Virus record (IMG/VR): IMGVR_UViG_3300030673_000009
Strand: one strand, 5' to 3'
DNA length: 64,000 nt
From: an uncultured virus (IMG/VR IMGVR_UViG_3300030673_000009)
Lineage: Duplodnaviria; Heunggongvirae; Uroviricota; Caudoviricetes
Shown here: positions 63,267-64,000 of the stretch, piece by piece
Layout of the letters: each line of letters starts with the position of its first letter
Numbering within the stretch: the stretch's first letter is position 1
Translations under genes and position numbers: made by a program
Notes under the pieces: model-generated
Told to the model about the DNA's origin: nothing
The model's database searches: none
The model's input: the letters and a program-made list of their open reading frames with translations, nothing else

Positions 63267-63998
63267 TCAGATCCCCTTCTCAGAGATGTAGGCGTCGTAG
63301 GCCGCGGGATTGGCCTCGAACAGGGCGACGGTCGCCTGGGCGTGGGTCAGGTCGGACTTGCCGACCAGATCGTCCGCGTAGGCGTCCACAGCGTCGATGA
63401 CGCTGGAGTTGGAGGACTCCCCGACGTAGCCGAGCTCGTTGTAGAGCGCGTCGCCGACGGAGTTGAAGAGCTCGTCGATGACATCGAGCTGGTCCTCGTC
63501 GAGGACCTCCGCCATCGCCTTGAGGATCGGGCCGAGCACCTCGGGGCTGACCGGGAGGTTGTACGTCGCGGCCTTGGAGACGAACTCCTGGGTGATGCGG
63601 ATCTCCCGCTCGCTATCGGCGTAGGCAAGGGCCTCGCGGGCCTCCGCCTTCGCGACCTCGACCTCACCCATCGCCTTGGCGATGATCTCCTCGCGGTCAC
63701 GCTCGGTGACTGCCTTCGAGAGCTGCTCGAGCACGGTGTCTCCCAGTGACTTGTGGGTGTTGTGGCGGTGCACGGCGTACGCGCTTCCGCCAGCGGCTGT
63801 GGTCACGGCCGCGGCCCCGCCGGCATCACGAGCGATCCGGCCCTTGTTGGCCTTGCGACCCTCGCCCTTGAACTTCACGTCGCGCATCGACGTGCGGCGA
63901 TCGCCGCGGAAGGCGATGTCGCCGGCGCCGGAGTCGGGCGCGTAGTAGTCGAGGGGGTTCTTGAGCTTGCGAGCGCCCTTGAACCCGACGTTCTTCAT
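63267..63998 (-). CDS. Scaffold protein (probably N-terminally truncated by the window edge)
   Basis: Acidic helical C-terminal domain ending ANPAAYDAY; frame open to the window end; upstream of decoration and capsid genes. Confidence 0.75.
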   Translation of the reverse strand: MKNVGFKGARKLKNPLDYYAPDSGAGDIAFRGDRRTSMRDVKFKGEGRKANKGRIARDAGGAAAVTTAAGGSAYAVHRHNTHKSLGDTVLEQLSKAVTERDREEIIAKAMGEVEVAKAEAREALAYADSEREIRITQEFVSKAATYNLPVSPEVLGPILKAMAEVLDEDQLDVIDELFNSVGDALYNELGYVGESSNSSVIDAVDAYADDLVGKSDLTHAQATVALFEANPAAYDAYISEKGI

Positions 63999-64000
63999 CT

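Larger units (their letters stand above)
1..64000. mobile_element. Tailed dsDNA bacteriophage genome segment (siphovirus-like, probable actinobacterial host)
   Basis: Terminase, portal, capsid, tail tube, 2168-aa tape measure, no sheath gene; WhiB gene; high GC; no host housekeeping genes or integrase in the window. Confidence 0.97.

Overview
A 64-kb piece of a high-GC, long-tailed (siphovirus-like) dsDNA phage, almost certainly infecting an actinobacterium (WhiB gene, Rpf-like transglycosylase). There are three blocks. (1) 1-16.6 kb, minus strand: large terminase, about 8 kb of fibre/glycine-rich virion genes, a lysis cassette containing a glycoside hydrolase, the portal and unusual basic head-region proteins. 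(2) 17.1-44.4 kb, plus strand: helicase, primase, SSB-like protein, DnaE polymerase, Cas4-like nuclease, RuvC, WhiB, a small-terminase-like gene and dozens of small accessory genes, including a Tad2 + Tad1/Acb2-like anti-defence pair. (3) 44.6-64 kb, minus strand: scaffold, decoration protein, capsid, neck, tail tube, frameshifted chaperones, tape measure and tail tip. Both window ends cut through the head module, so the genome probably continues through an unseen segment, which may hold the prohead protease. The most novel-looking signal is a family of head-module proteins built from repeated cationic + Gly/Ala-zipper units separated by the same hydrophobic-x-Lys sites that stud the scaffold. 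This suggests virion-packaged polyproteins matured into membrane-active peptides. Other candidates are repeated structured leader cassettes, a hidden antisense 25-aa membrane peptide, and mini-proteins carrying isolated terminase-like Walker motifs. All product calls come from motif recognition by eye; no database searches were run.
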